This document shows, piece by piece, positions 24,001-35,478 of a DNA stretch of 64,000 nt (its first letter is position 1; the number at the start of each line of letters is the position of its first letter). Both the position numbers and the translations under genes were made by a program. The DNA is from Octopus vulgaris. Taxonomy: Eukaryota. The stretch is from assembly GCA_951406725.2 (NCBI GenBank), contig OX597816.1, positions 119,846,001 through 119,910,000 of the forward strand. Direction: 5' to 3'. The notes beneath the pieces were generated by a model that was given only the letters and a program-made list of their open reading frames with translations, had not been told where the DNA came from and did not search any database.

Positions 24001-25723
24001 CATTATCATCATCATCATTTAATGTCCGCTTTCCATGCTAGCATGGGTTGGAAGATTTTACTGAGGACTGGCAAACCAGATGGCTGCACCAGGCTCCAAT
24101 CTGATCTGGCAGAGTTTCTACAGCTAGATGCCCTTCCTAACGCCAACCACTCTGAGAGTGTAGTTGGTGCTTTTATGTGACACCAGCACGAAAGCCAGTC
24201 AGGTGGTACTGACAACAGCTATGCTCAAGTGGTGTTTTCTACGTGCCACCTGCACAGGAGCCAGTCCAGCAGCACTGGCAATGACCTCGCTTGAATGTTT
24301 TTCATGTGCCACCGGCACAAATGCCAGTAAGGCAACGCTGGTAACAATCACGTTTGAATGGTGCTTTTCACATGCCACCACCAGCTGAAGTCAGTTAGCC
24401 GCTCTGGCAGCGATCATGCTCAGATGGTGCTCTTAGCACTCCACCGGCATGAGTGCCAATCATCGAATTTGCGAAGTTGATTTGATTTCGATTTCACTTG
24501 CCTCAACAAGTCTTTGCAAGCAGAGTTTAGAGTCCACTGAAGGAGAGGTACGCATAGGTGGGCTGGTTACACCCCTGGCACAGGCCACAGGTTAAGGTAT
24601 CACTTGGCTTCTTGAGTCTTCTCACGCACTGCATATTTCCAAAGGTCTCGGTTGCTAGTCATTGCATCGGTGGGGCCTAATGTTCGAAGGTCGTGCTTCA
24701 CTACCTCATCCCAGGTCTTCCTGGGTCTACCTCTTCCACAAGTTCCCTCAACCACTTGGGTGTGGCACTTTTTCACACAGCTATCTTCATCCATTCTCGC
24801 CACATGACCATACCAACGCAGTCGTCTCTCTTGCACACCACAACTGATGCTTCTTAGGTCCAACTTTTCTCTCAAGGTACTTACACTCTGCCAAGTATGA
24901 ACACTGACATTACACATCCATCAGGGAATACTGGCTTCATTCCTTGCAAGCTTATGCATGTCTTCAGCAGTCACGACCCATGTTTCACTGCTATGTAGCA
25001 TGGCTGTTCGTACACATGCGTCATACAGTCTACCTTTTACTCTGAGCGAGAGGCCCTTTGTCACCAGCAGAGGTAAGAGCTCTCTGAACTTTGCCCAGGC
25101 TATTCTAGCAGCTACACTTTCAGTGCATTCTTCCCCGCTACTGACTTGGTCACCTAGGTAACAGAAGCTATCAACTACTTCTAGTTTTTCTCCCTGGAAT
25201 GTAACAGAAGTTGTTCTCTGCACATTTTCAGCGTTTATTGCTCCTGACCATCTGCCACATGCAAAAACTATCTTCCCAATTAGCCTTCCTTTGATATTAT
25301 TGCACCTCTTATGTGTCCATAGCTTACACTGGGTATATCTTATAGAGTTTCTACCTATGCCTTTTCTACAAATTGAGCAGGGCCATCTACCTGAAGGGAT
25401 TTGTGGTTTGTCTGCCTTCCTACTTATTAGGACTTTGGTTTTAGCTAGGTTGACTCTAAGGCCCTTCGATTCTAATCCTTGTTTCCACACCTGAAACTTC
25501 TCTTCTAGTTCTGATAGTGACTCAGCAATTAGAGCAAGGTCGTCAGCATAGAGGAGCTCCCAGGGGCATCCTGTCTTGAATTCCTCTATTATTGCCTGGA
25601 GGACCTGGAGTACTATGATAAATAGGAGGGGGCTGAGGACTGAACCTTGGTGGACACCTACCTCTACCCGGAATTCTTCACTGTACTTGTTGTCAACCCT
25701 CACCTTACTGACAGCATCCCTGT
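24001..25723 (-). mobile_element. RTE-clade LINE 3' half (RT core, Cys-rich insert, C-terminus, 3' UTR, GAT tail)
   Basis: GVHQGSVLSPLLF, LLYADDL, GLRVNLAKTK, YLG, RLRWYGHVARM and GRGRPRKTW; 3' UTR with internal repeats. Confidence 0.96.
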
Positions 25724-26396
25724 TTCTCTGTCTTCATACTCTTAATTGCTTTATCTACCAAGGTATTGTCAACTCGGATAGCTGGTCCCTCTGTTGGGTC
25801 GACATTCGGCAGACTCTCTTTCTCCCATTTGTTTTCTTTATTGAGCAACCTTTCATAGTGGCATCTTCAAACCTCTCTCTTTGCAGCCTCATTTAGTGCA
25901 TCATCCATGCAATATATATTATATTTTTTTTATTCTTTTATGCATTTCATCCCAAAGGATGAGACCATGCTAGGGCACACCTACTATCATCATCTTTTCA
26001 ATAGCCATTCTCATATGATTGGCTTTTGAGGAAAAGGGAACTTGATATTGCTGCCCTCTTTTGAATTTCTTACTACAAAGGAGGTTCATCCGGAATCTTC
26101 AGCAGTAGAAGGTCAAGTTGCTTCTTGAAAACATGTACCCCATTCCATATAGATCTTTCGGATTTTTTGGCAAGATATTAAATTGTATTGTAACCTGTGT
26201 GGATGTTAAAGATTGCAAGATGACAGAAAATCAATTGGCTTGGGTGGCAGTGATGTACAATGAAAAAAATTCAGAGAGTTATTACCTCTACTGGAAAGAG
26301 CAGTGCTACATGGTAATTAGACATGAGGCCTGAATGCAAAGGCTGGAAAGAAATAAGGGGAACATATTTCACTAGATGTGTAATGTCATTGTATAT

Positions 26397-26697
26397 GAGG
26401 GGTCAGGGAACTTTTTTAACCAATTACCCCAAAATATATTTATTTACACTGACGTTACCCCCATGATTTGAAAAGAAGAAAATCATAGATTCTTTGAATT
26501 TAAAAGGTTTATTGAATCTATATGAATCTATTCACACATTCATTACATTGGACAGATGCAGTGTTGCCAGAAGAAAAATTACTGTTGCAACAAGGAACAC
26601 GTTTTTTATATAATTTTACTTATATCTGAGACCTCATTACACAAGAATTTCATTTTTACCCACTTTGATGTAATTTACCCCGGTTCACTGACCCCTA
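26397..26697. mobile_element. hAT-type MITE inserted in a decayed RTE fragment
   Basis: TIRs AGGGGTCAGGGAAC / GTTCACTGACCCCT; 8-bp TSD TTGTATAT / TTGTATGT. Confidence 0.75.
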
Positions 26698-27844
26698 TTG
26701 TATGTGAAGAATACAGTACAAATGACCAGAGAGTATAGCTGTGTATAGGAGGAATGTGATGTAGACTGCAAGAGAGAAAAAACTGCATTAGCATGGGCTT
26801 GTAATGCATATAGATGAAAACAGATGCAAAGAAGATTGTTGAGCAATCAAGTAGAAAATGAAGGTCTAGAAAGGCATGGGATGACGCAATGAAACACAAT
26901 CTCAACAAGCTGAGCCTCACAAAGGTGACATGCTGTAATGCAGAAAACCCAGTCTCTAAGGCAAACATGACAGAAGAACACTAAAGGGGAGAGCGCTGTT
27001 GCCTGGGATTCTGTCACCGCATTCACTCATCACTCCTACCCTGCCTCTCTCTCACTGTCCTCTTTCCACAACCTCTACATCCAGAATGTTTTTCTGATTT
27101 TATCCTCTGCTCTTCCCCTCACCACCACCTCTGTGATACTCTCCTCCCTCTAGTCTCTCTTTATCTCACTGCTCACACCCCATTGACATCTATATCCCAT
27201 CTCCATCTCTATGGTACTCTTCCCTCATTCTTTCTCTTTCAGCTTTTGTATTAACCCACAGCTCCACTCTTACTTCTCTCTCACCATCCTCTCTCCACAG
27301 CTTCCCAGCCCAGGATGCTTTCTCTGCATTCATTCTCAGTTTTCCCACCCAACATCTATGATACCTCCCAGCTTCTCTTTCTCTCAAAATACTTTTATGC
27401 TACCCTCCAGCCGCTAACTTGCTCTTACCATATTCTTTGTGTGGGGCATTTTCTCTGCTTTCATATTCTACTCACTCCCAGCTCTATGGTACCCTCCAGT
27501 CTCTCTCTCTCTCTCCCAGTTTGGGATACTTTTTCTGTATTCGTACTCTGTTTCTTATCATCTCTCTGGTAACTTCCCACCCCTCTTTCCCTTACCACTC
27601 TCACTACATTCTCCTACTGCTCACCACTTCTGCTTCTTTTTCTCTCCCTGTCTTCTCCCCACAGCTTTCTGACACCTTAGTGTCCACTCTGGCCTACCTT
27701 CACAACACCACACACTATACCCTTCTTCTTTCAATGATCTTCAGATTCCTCATCACTCTCACATTTATTTATTTCATGTTCCCTTCCCCCATGCCTTCTC
27801 ATACTCACCCTCATAATGTGTAATAGTTCTGGAACCCTCTGGAT

Positions 27845-28103
27845 CAGAAGTTTTCAACCACTGGGCTGTGGATCAGTTGGTGCCTGCTCACACAGAAAGA
27901 GTATATAGTTAAATTTTATTATTATTTCATTGACTATTGCAGTTTTCAGGGTGTTTTCAAATCATATATGAATTATATATGTAGTAACTAAACTATATAT
28001 TATGTACTTTATTGTGTTTTGTTATGCACATGACACAACAGTCTGTGGAAAAATTATCATACATAAAACTGGTCTGTGGCATAAGGAAGGTTGGGAGCCA
28101 CTA
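27845..28103. mobile_element. Decayed hAT/Charlie-like MITE
   Basis: CAGAAGTTTTCAACC ... GGTTGGGAGCCACT degenerate TIRs. Confidence 0.45.
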
Positions 28104-29143
28104 ACATGATGCCCTGCTCTTTCTTAATACTCCCTTCCGTCCTCTCTAGTCCCTTCCACTGAACCTCCCCAACACTGTCTTCCCTACCTCCCTCCTTCAC
28201 ACCAATAAATTCTCTCATCATCTTACCTCAAATCATTACTCTCTCTTTTCTGTTCTCCTACCAACTGTGGAACTCCCTTGGATGTGTCACAAAAAATGCA
28301 CCCAGTACACCCTGTAAATTGGTTGGCATTAGGAAGGACATCTAACCATAGAGATCATGCCAATACAAAAATATTGGAGCACAACAGTCCTCCAACTCAT
28401 TAGGTCCTGATTGGGTCCTGTCAAACATTCCAGTCCAAGCAGACATAAAAGGATAATGATAACAATATATGCATGCATGTATGTATGTATGTATGTATGT
28501 ATGCATGCATGCATAGATATATAACTAAATTTCTTTCAGAGGCTCTGCCTCCATGTACATCAGAACAGCCATAATGATGTTATCCAACTTGTCAATTAGA
28601 GTAACCAATCATGATAACAACATTGCTGTTCACTCTTATCATATGTTATCAATATCACTGCAATAGAGCCTCATTGAGACTGTCCTTTTGCTCATCTGAC
28701 AGTTCTGATTGTACTGCATGTGCAGAGATAACTGTTGCCATCGTGAGTTATATAACTAGTCTAAGCTTAATTTTTCTGCCACAAACTTTGACTAATTATG
28801 CAATTTTATACCTGCTTCCAACTCTAGCACTAATATCTATCCAAAGGAATTTATACCTGTTTTCTTACACTTAAGGATTACATCTGAGGCTTCCTTCCAC
28901 CTTACGTCTTGTACACAGCAAACAACCACACTATGCCACAGATCTACCTTTCATCTTCCCTAAAAAGATGGTGACAGCCTTGAAGTCTTTACCTGAGAAA
29001 CTGAAGAATATTTCTAGCATGGTTCTAATTGTTTAATGCTTATTATCTCTAACTGAAAGAGGAAGACAGTACAATATAATATGATATAATATATGTATGT
29101 ATGCATGTGTGTGCATGTGTATATGTATATTTATATATATATA

Positions 29144-29361
29144 AGGTGGCAAGCTGGCAGAATCATTTGCACACCAGGTGAAATACTTAGCAGTATTTCA
29201 TCTACCACTATGTTCTGAGTTCAAATTCAGCTGAGGTCGACTTCATCCTTCATCCTTTTGGGATCGATTAAATAAGTACCAGTTACGCACGGAGGGCAAT
29301 GTAATCGACTTAATCCCTTTGTCTTTGTTTGTCCCCTCTATGTTTAGCCCCTTGTGGGCAA
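29144..29361 (+). mobile_element. Family B SINE
   Basis: GGTGGCAAGCTGGCAGAATC head, GAGTTCAAATTC, GATTAAATAAGTACCAG. Confidence 0.8.
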
Positions 29362-29907
29362 TATATATATATATATATATATATATAATGATGATGATGA
29401 TGATGATGATCATCATCATCATCATCATTGCCAGCAACATCATTTTAACATCCATGTTTTCATGCTTACGTGGGTCAGATAGAATTCATCAAGACAAATT
29501 TTCCACAGCCAGATGCCCTTCCAGTCACAAACCCTTAATTGTTTCCTAGTTTGGTAATATTTCCCCATGACCTGACATGTTTTCATGGAAGACTGGAAAT
29601 GAATGATTGACATTGCTTGAACAATAGTGACACTCGTTTACAAAGATCACATGCTGTCATTACAAGAAGGCAGAAACACACACACACACGCACACTGCAC
29701 ATGTTTATATATGTGTGTACACACACACACACACATACACATACACGCACACATCACAGACAGACAGATAGATAGATACATGCGCGAGTTTCTTTCAGCT
29801 TCCATCTACTAAATCCACTCACAAGGCTCTAATTGACCAGGGTCAATTATAAAAGGCCCATATCACATGGTTAGGGAGCAAACTTCTTAACCACACTACA
29901 CACAACA

Positions 29908-29945
<38 letters not shown>

Positions 29946-30343
29946 TAGCTCTACCAAACTTTGTCTGAGCTTATTATTACCTAAAGTACAAGTGTATGAA
30001 TTTATTCTCTTTTGGATGAGATAGTTAAGAAAAATGCTAGCAGTTTTCAATTAGTCTAAAATGTTCATTTATTAAGAAATGTTGCATCCAAGCGATTCTG
30101 AAGATATACAAGTTGAGCTTTAAAATTTATCAAAAATAACTTAAATAAGGATATGCAGAATTTAAAATAAAATCTGCATAGATTAGCAACGCAATGTGCT
30201 GCAAAAGCCCTAATTTCCTACGTTATACTCATTAAAGTAATAGAGTAATGCACACATCTGTTGCCTATTGTCGAACTGCTAAGTTACGGGGGAGACTAAC
30301 ACATCAATACATACATATGTGTATACATACATACATGCCTATA

Positions 30344-30720
30344 GGCGTAGGAGTGGCTGTGTGGTACGTAGCTTGCTTACGAACCACATGAATCCGGGTT
30401 CACCTTGGGCAAGTGTATTCTGCTATCGCCTCGGGCCGACCAAAGCCTTGTGAGTGGATTTGGTAGATGGAAACTGAAAGAAGCCCGTCGTATATATGCA
30501 TATATATATATGTATATTTGTGCGTCTGTGTTTGCCCCCCCCCCCCCAAATATCGCTTGATAACCGATGCTGGTGCGTTTACGTCCCCGGCAAAAGACCG
30601 ATAGAATAAGTACTAGGCTTACAAAGAATAAGCCCAGGGAGCGATTTGCTCGACAAAAGGCGGTGCTCTAGCATGGCCACAGTCAAATGATGACTGAAAC
30701 AAGTAAAAGAGTAAAGAGTA
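30344..30720 (+). mobile_element. Family A (CORE-type) SINE, near full length
   Basis: GGCGTAGGAGTGGCTGTGTGGTA head, CACCTTGGGCAAGTG, GACTGAAACAAGTAAAAGAGTAAAGAGTA tail. Confidence 0.88.
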
Positions 30721-32279
30721 CATACCTACCTACCTACATACATACATACATACCTACCTTACTATATCATATGTTATATAAAACAGGGTTTGAGTTCATC
30801 TGCTAATTTTTGCGATGATGATAAAGTCCCAGTTACAGAAAGTCTTATGGTTTTCTATTTCCAGTTTGTATAACTGCAAGCTATCTTAAAAGTGTAAGCT
30901 TTCACTAGGATTATCGCTTAACACCCATACGCACGCACACAGGAAAAGGAAAGACATATATACATACAAACACACACACACACATTTCCTACATGAAGGA
31001 ACACAATACACACACTAATATATTTTAATTTTTGTTTCTCAACCTTTCAACCTCAACATAAAAGCACATAGAGGCTCTTAAACGTCCATACATACACGCA
31101 CGCGCGCATACACGCACACATATTCACACACTCACTTTCTTTCTCTCAATTTATCTGTCTGTTTTCTTTCGCTATATCCCTTTCTTAATTTATTTATTTC
31201 TCTTCTACTTTTATATCATTCTTTCTCACAATTTTTTTTAATACCTTTCTCCTACTTCACCCCATTATTTTGTCTTTCTGCTTCTCTCTCTCTCTCTCTT
31301 TCTTTTTTCTTTTTCCCCTCTCTCTTTCTGTTTTCCTTTTTAGCTCTGTTCCCTCTGTTCTTTACCTCTCCCTCTCTCCTTTTATCTCCCACGCTCATAA
31401 GAACAGACAAATTTTTTTTTTAAATTATAGACGACATGCAATTGTAACGTACACGCATGCACGCACCAGGCAAACAAAAATAAATACATAGATAGTCAAC
31501 CATGTACACATGCAAATACACTCACATACACAGAGTAGAAAAAAATATGCACACTTTCGTAATGAAATAAGACCATACATATACACACGCAAAGACAAAA
31601 AGCCTGCACTCAGTCACAATACACAAAAAAAATTCTACTCCCCCCCTCTCTCTCTTCCTCTCACTTTCTCGGCGCCTTTCTATTTTCTCTTACTCTCTAT
31701 TATTATCTTCTTCACTCCCCCTCATTATCTCCGATATTCATAGATCGTTTGCAGCTGGTGTGTTCCAGAAGAGTGGAGCAACAAACCTCTTTTGAAAAGG
31801 GGAGTCCGTACTTCTCCAATTCACTGAGCTTATTCTCTGAGAAACTCTGTGATAATGGTTTCTTACGAGCGAAACTGCTTGGAGGTCGCTCTGCCTGCCT
31901 GCTAGAAACAGCAGCCAAATCTTCTTCAAACCACACCCTATGGTCTTTTAAGGAACGTGTGAACACGTTGGATAAAGCTGTTCTGCTATATACTATTTCT
32001 GGTGAGAAAAAAAAGAAAAAGACAGTTATGGCGGGAAAGTCTTTGGTTGTAGGTCTGCTCTGCAACAACAGCACAACAGCTTTTCAAATCGGAACAACGC
32101 TGTATATTTGCAATCGATTTAAATCAACCTCAATGTATTACTGTTATTAATAGACTCCAATGAGAAAGTCTTTGTGCAGTCACTCGATCTGCTAGAAATA
32201 GACGCTAAATCTTTTCCATATTACTATTTATTTTCTCAAAAAAAAAGTATACACGTATATATATATATATATATATATA

Positions 32280-32818
32280 CTGGTGGCAAAAGAATTCTAC
32301 AAAAATTTTTTTGCCACCCTATATTGATTAATTATGAATTTTCTGGTTAGTTCCGTAATGGAATCGGAGGCTTATATTTATTTGCTGCCGATAAATTTGG
32401 CGCGAGTGCGACGATTTGAAAATTTTAGGTCAGATATTGCCGAGGTAGCAAGAGGAATGCCTCGTGAAAAATATCTGTTCCAACTTGGCTATTTCTTACT
32501 GATGAGTCTAAGGGCCTATGGTGGATTGGCTTGATTTAATTTAATCAGGTTAGTTTACCATTAAACGGTAGATGAAACGGTGCATCGTCTAAGAAATTAC
32601 AGGGTAAAAGTTTTTCAATTTTCTCCTGGTTTACGGAATTAATGTTATTTTGCGGTTAAAGCTTTTGGCTGTTATTTCTAGTGGGTGAATGGCCTATTAT
32701 GGCCGTTCCTTGATTGTGATGTTGAACGTAAAAATAGTTTATGACTATTTAATTTTTTCCTACTAGGCCGCTGGTGGCAAAAGAATTCTACAAAAATTTT
32801 TTTGCCACCCTATATTGA

Positions 32819-32826
<8 letters not shown>
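32280..32826 (+). mobile_element. Terminally redundant, hammerhead-containing non-coding retroelement (retrozyme- or Penelope pLTR-like), 491-bp unit + 56-bp repeat
   Basis: Identical 56-bp direct repeats at 32280-32335 and 32771-32826, flanked by (TA)n on both sides; internal hammerhead ribozyme; no recognisable coding sequence. Confidence 0.75.
32491..32597 (+). ncRNA. Type I hammerhead ribozyme
   Basis: Stem I ATTTCTTA / TAAGAAAT; core CTGATGA (32499-32505); stem II GTCTA / TAGAT; GAAA (32574-32577); stem III CGGTGCATCG; GTC cleavage triplet (cut after 32589). Confidence 0.85.
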
Positions 32827-32851
<25 letters not shown>

Positions 32852-32857
<6 letters not shown>

Positions 32858-33748
32858 GAAGTTTCGCATGTCGTAGCGCAGATTTCCGTCGATTTCCGTA
32901 AAAAACTTTTATTTTTTTACATAAGTAATGAGAGCGAAAGAGACTAAGAGGAAGCGATTTTATGACGAGAAGGTTTCACTTTGAAATCGGCCTGTGTGTG
33001 TTTGATGGGGTGTGGGAGACAGACAGTATGTTGTGTAAGTGAAGTGCTTCTGTTAGTGTGTGCGAAGAGACAGAGAGAGTAATGTGTGAAAGAGAGAGAT
33101 AACTGATTTTTTACTCGGTGTATGTGTATATGTATGTATGCATGTATGTGTATATGTATGTATGCATGTATCTATGTATGTGTGTGTGTGTAAGTATGTG
33201 TGTGTGTATGTATGTATGTATGGCCGATTCATCGTAATTTTTTACTCGGTGTATGTGTATATGTATGTCTGCATGTATGTGTGTGTGTGTATGTATCTAT
33301 GTATGTGTATGTATGTATGTGTGTATGTATGTATGGTCGATTCAGTGTAATTTTTTACTCGGTGTATGTGTATATGTATGTGTGTGTGTGTGTATGTATC
33401 TGTGTGTGTGTGTGTGTGTGTAAGTATGTGTGTGTGTATGTATGTATGTATGTGTGTGTGTGTATCTATGTATGTGTGTGTGTGTATGTATGTATGTATG
33501 TACTCGGTGTATGTGTATATGTATGTCTGTCTCTTCGCACACACTAACAGAAGCACTTCACTTACACAACATACTGTCTGTCTCCCACACCCCATCAAAC
33601 ACACACAGGCCGACTTCAAAGTGAAACCTTCTCGTCATAAAATCGCTTCCTCTTAGTCTCTTTCGCTCTCATTACTTATGTAAAAAAATAAAAGTTTTTT
33701 ACGGAAATCGACGGAAATCTGTGCTACTACAACCGAAACTATGCCATA
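32852..33748. mobile_element. Foldback / long-TIR MITE with ~223-bp inverted arms around a minisatellite
   Basis: 32852-33074 is the near-perfect reverse complement of 33526-33748; ends TATGGC..GCCATA; spacer of ~115-150-bp units starting TTTTTACTCGGTGTATG. Confidence 0.85.
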
Positions 33749-34760
33749 CGGAAATCGACGGAAAGGTCTACTAGAGACGAAAGATCGCCAAAAAATGTAA
33801 AGGGTGGTCACAGCTGGAATACATTTGAACAAAGCTAACCTGGAGTTAGTACTTGATATTTTGTTCTATCGGAACCTGTGCGTTTAAAAGCAAAACTCCA
33901 GCGTGATTTGAACTCCGATGTAGAGGTTGTGCTTAAATATCGCAGAAAGTAGTTGTAGTTTAGCCCCTTGACATCCCTCGCAGAGCAAGACCTGTGAAGA
34001 AAGACATAAGACGGTTGTTTGATTTAAGGAAAATTTATTTTCAAAGTTGAGTGACCCTGTACTGGTTCCACCGTTGGCTCTTACCGTGAGATGTTGCTAC
34101 TGTCGTTTAGCATCGGTTCTAATAATCGAAAACATTAAAAGAAAAGTCAAAGTCACATTTTGTTATTAGTTTTACCCTCAGAACCAGAACACCACTGTTT
34201 GAAACTGTTCTGTAACACTACGCTATTGTTCACTATTACACTGAAACACGACGCTATTGTTCACTATTGCGCTATAATACGATGCCTGAAATTTGGGGGA
34301 AGAGGTTAGTTGAATACACGACCCCAGAATACATCGACCAACGTCACAATACGACGCTCTTGTTCACATCTGCGCTATAAAATAAATGTAAACAAATAAA
34401 GAAATATGACCCACAATGGTATACTCCCACATCTGGGATAGTGTTGCTACTATACAACACATTGTACACATTCTAGATCGCATCCCCCAAATATTCGCCC
34501 GACAAATAGGCACGAAGTCGCTCACAGACATGGCACCTATTTATTTTAACGTAGGTTTACTTCTTTTTTTTTTTTACCCTGCATCCCTCTCGTGTTTATA
34601 TTACGCGTTCTTTAAAATAAAAAGGAAAAACGTCTTCGGATTCTTGTTTTGAACATCATGGTTTCAGAATCTGCCTAAAAATATATCAATTATTTTAAAA
34701 ATTAATTATATTTTTTTTTTTAGCAGAAACTGATAAGATTAGAGTATTTACATCTTCATT

Positions 34761-34851
<91 letters not shown>

Positions 34852-35257
34852 TGCATGCATGCATGCATGCATGCATGCATACATGCATACATACATACAT
34901 ACATACATACATACATACATACATACATACATACATACATACATACATACATACATACATACATACATACATACATACATACATACATACATACATACAT
35001 ACATACATACATACATACATACATACATACATACATACATACATACATACATACATACATACATACATACATACATACATACATACATACATACATACAT
35101 ACATACATACATACATACATACATACATACATACATACATACATACATACATACATACATACATACATACATACATACATACATACATACATACATACAT
35201 ACATACATACATACATACATACATACATACATACATACATACATACATACATACATA
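34761..35257. repeat. Compound microsatellite (CT)n(CA)n(CATG)n(CATA)n
   Basis: Direct reading; about 380 bp of pure ACAT. Confidence 0.98.
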
Positions 35258-35393
35258 CTTATAGTTTACATTTAGAATGTTAAAATGTATAAATATAACG
35301 TGACTTGCATCAGAAAACAGTTTCACTGCAAACTTAAAGTCCGGTCCTTTCAGTTTCAATATATTAATTATTGAAAGGGAATTACAAATACAA

Positions 35394-35396
<3 letters not shown>

Positions 35397-35473
<77 letters not shown>
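35397..35473. repeat. (TG)n microsatellite
   Basis: Direct reading. Confidence 0.97.

Positions 35474-35478
<5 letters not shown>

Noticed and set aside
22805-25723. Intact active LINE or domesticated RT gene
   Set aside because: Frameshifts, a large internal deletion and split orientation
27000-27830. Pyrimidine-rich region with several ORFs (also 49770-50560 and 60030-60330)
   Set aside because: Decayed low-complexity CT-rich sequence associated with old RTE 3' regions
30344-30410. tRNA-like sequences (also at 4210-4282, 42045-42110 and 43116-43160)
   Set aside because: A/B-box SINE heads without a complete cloverleaf, continuing into SINE bodies
31712-32150. Overlapping 120-133 aa ORFs
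   Set aside because: Built partly from a dispersed repeat (CTAGAAACAGCAGCCAAATC family, also near 32.2, 36.1 and 59.8 kb); no domain signature
34695-35359. Long ORFs (MYVC/HTYI repeats, up to 203 aa) and similar YI/CV-rich ORFs at 21.0, 33.2, 38.9, 45.6, 47.4, 56.3 and 58.1 kb
   Set aside because: Translations of stop-free microsatellites, not genes
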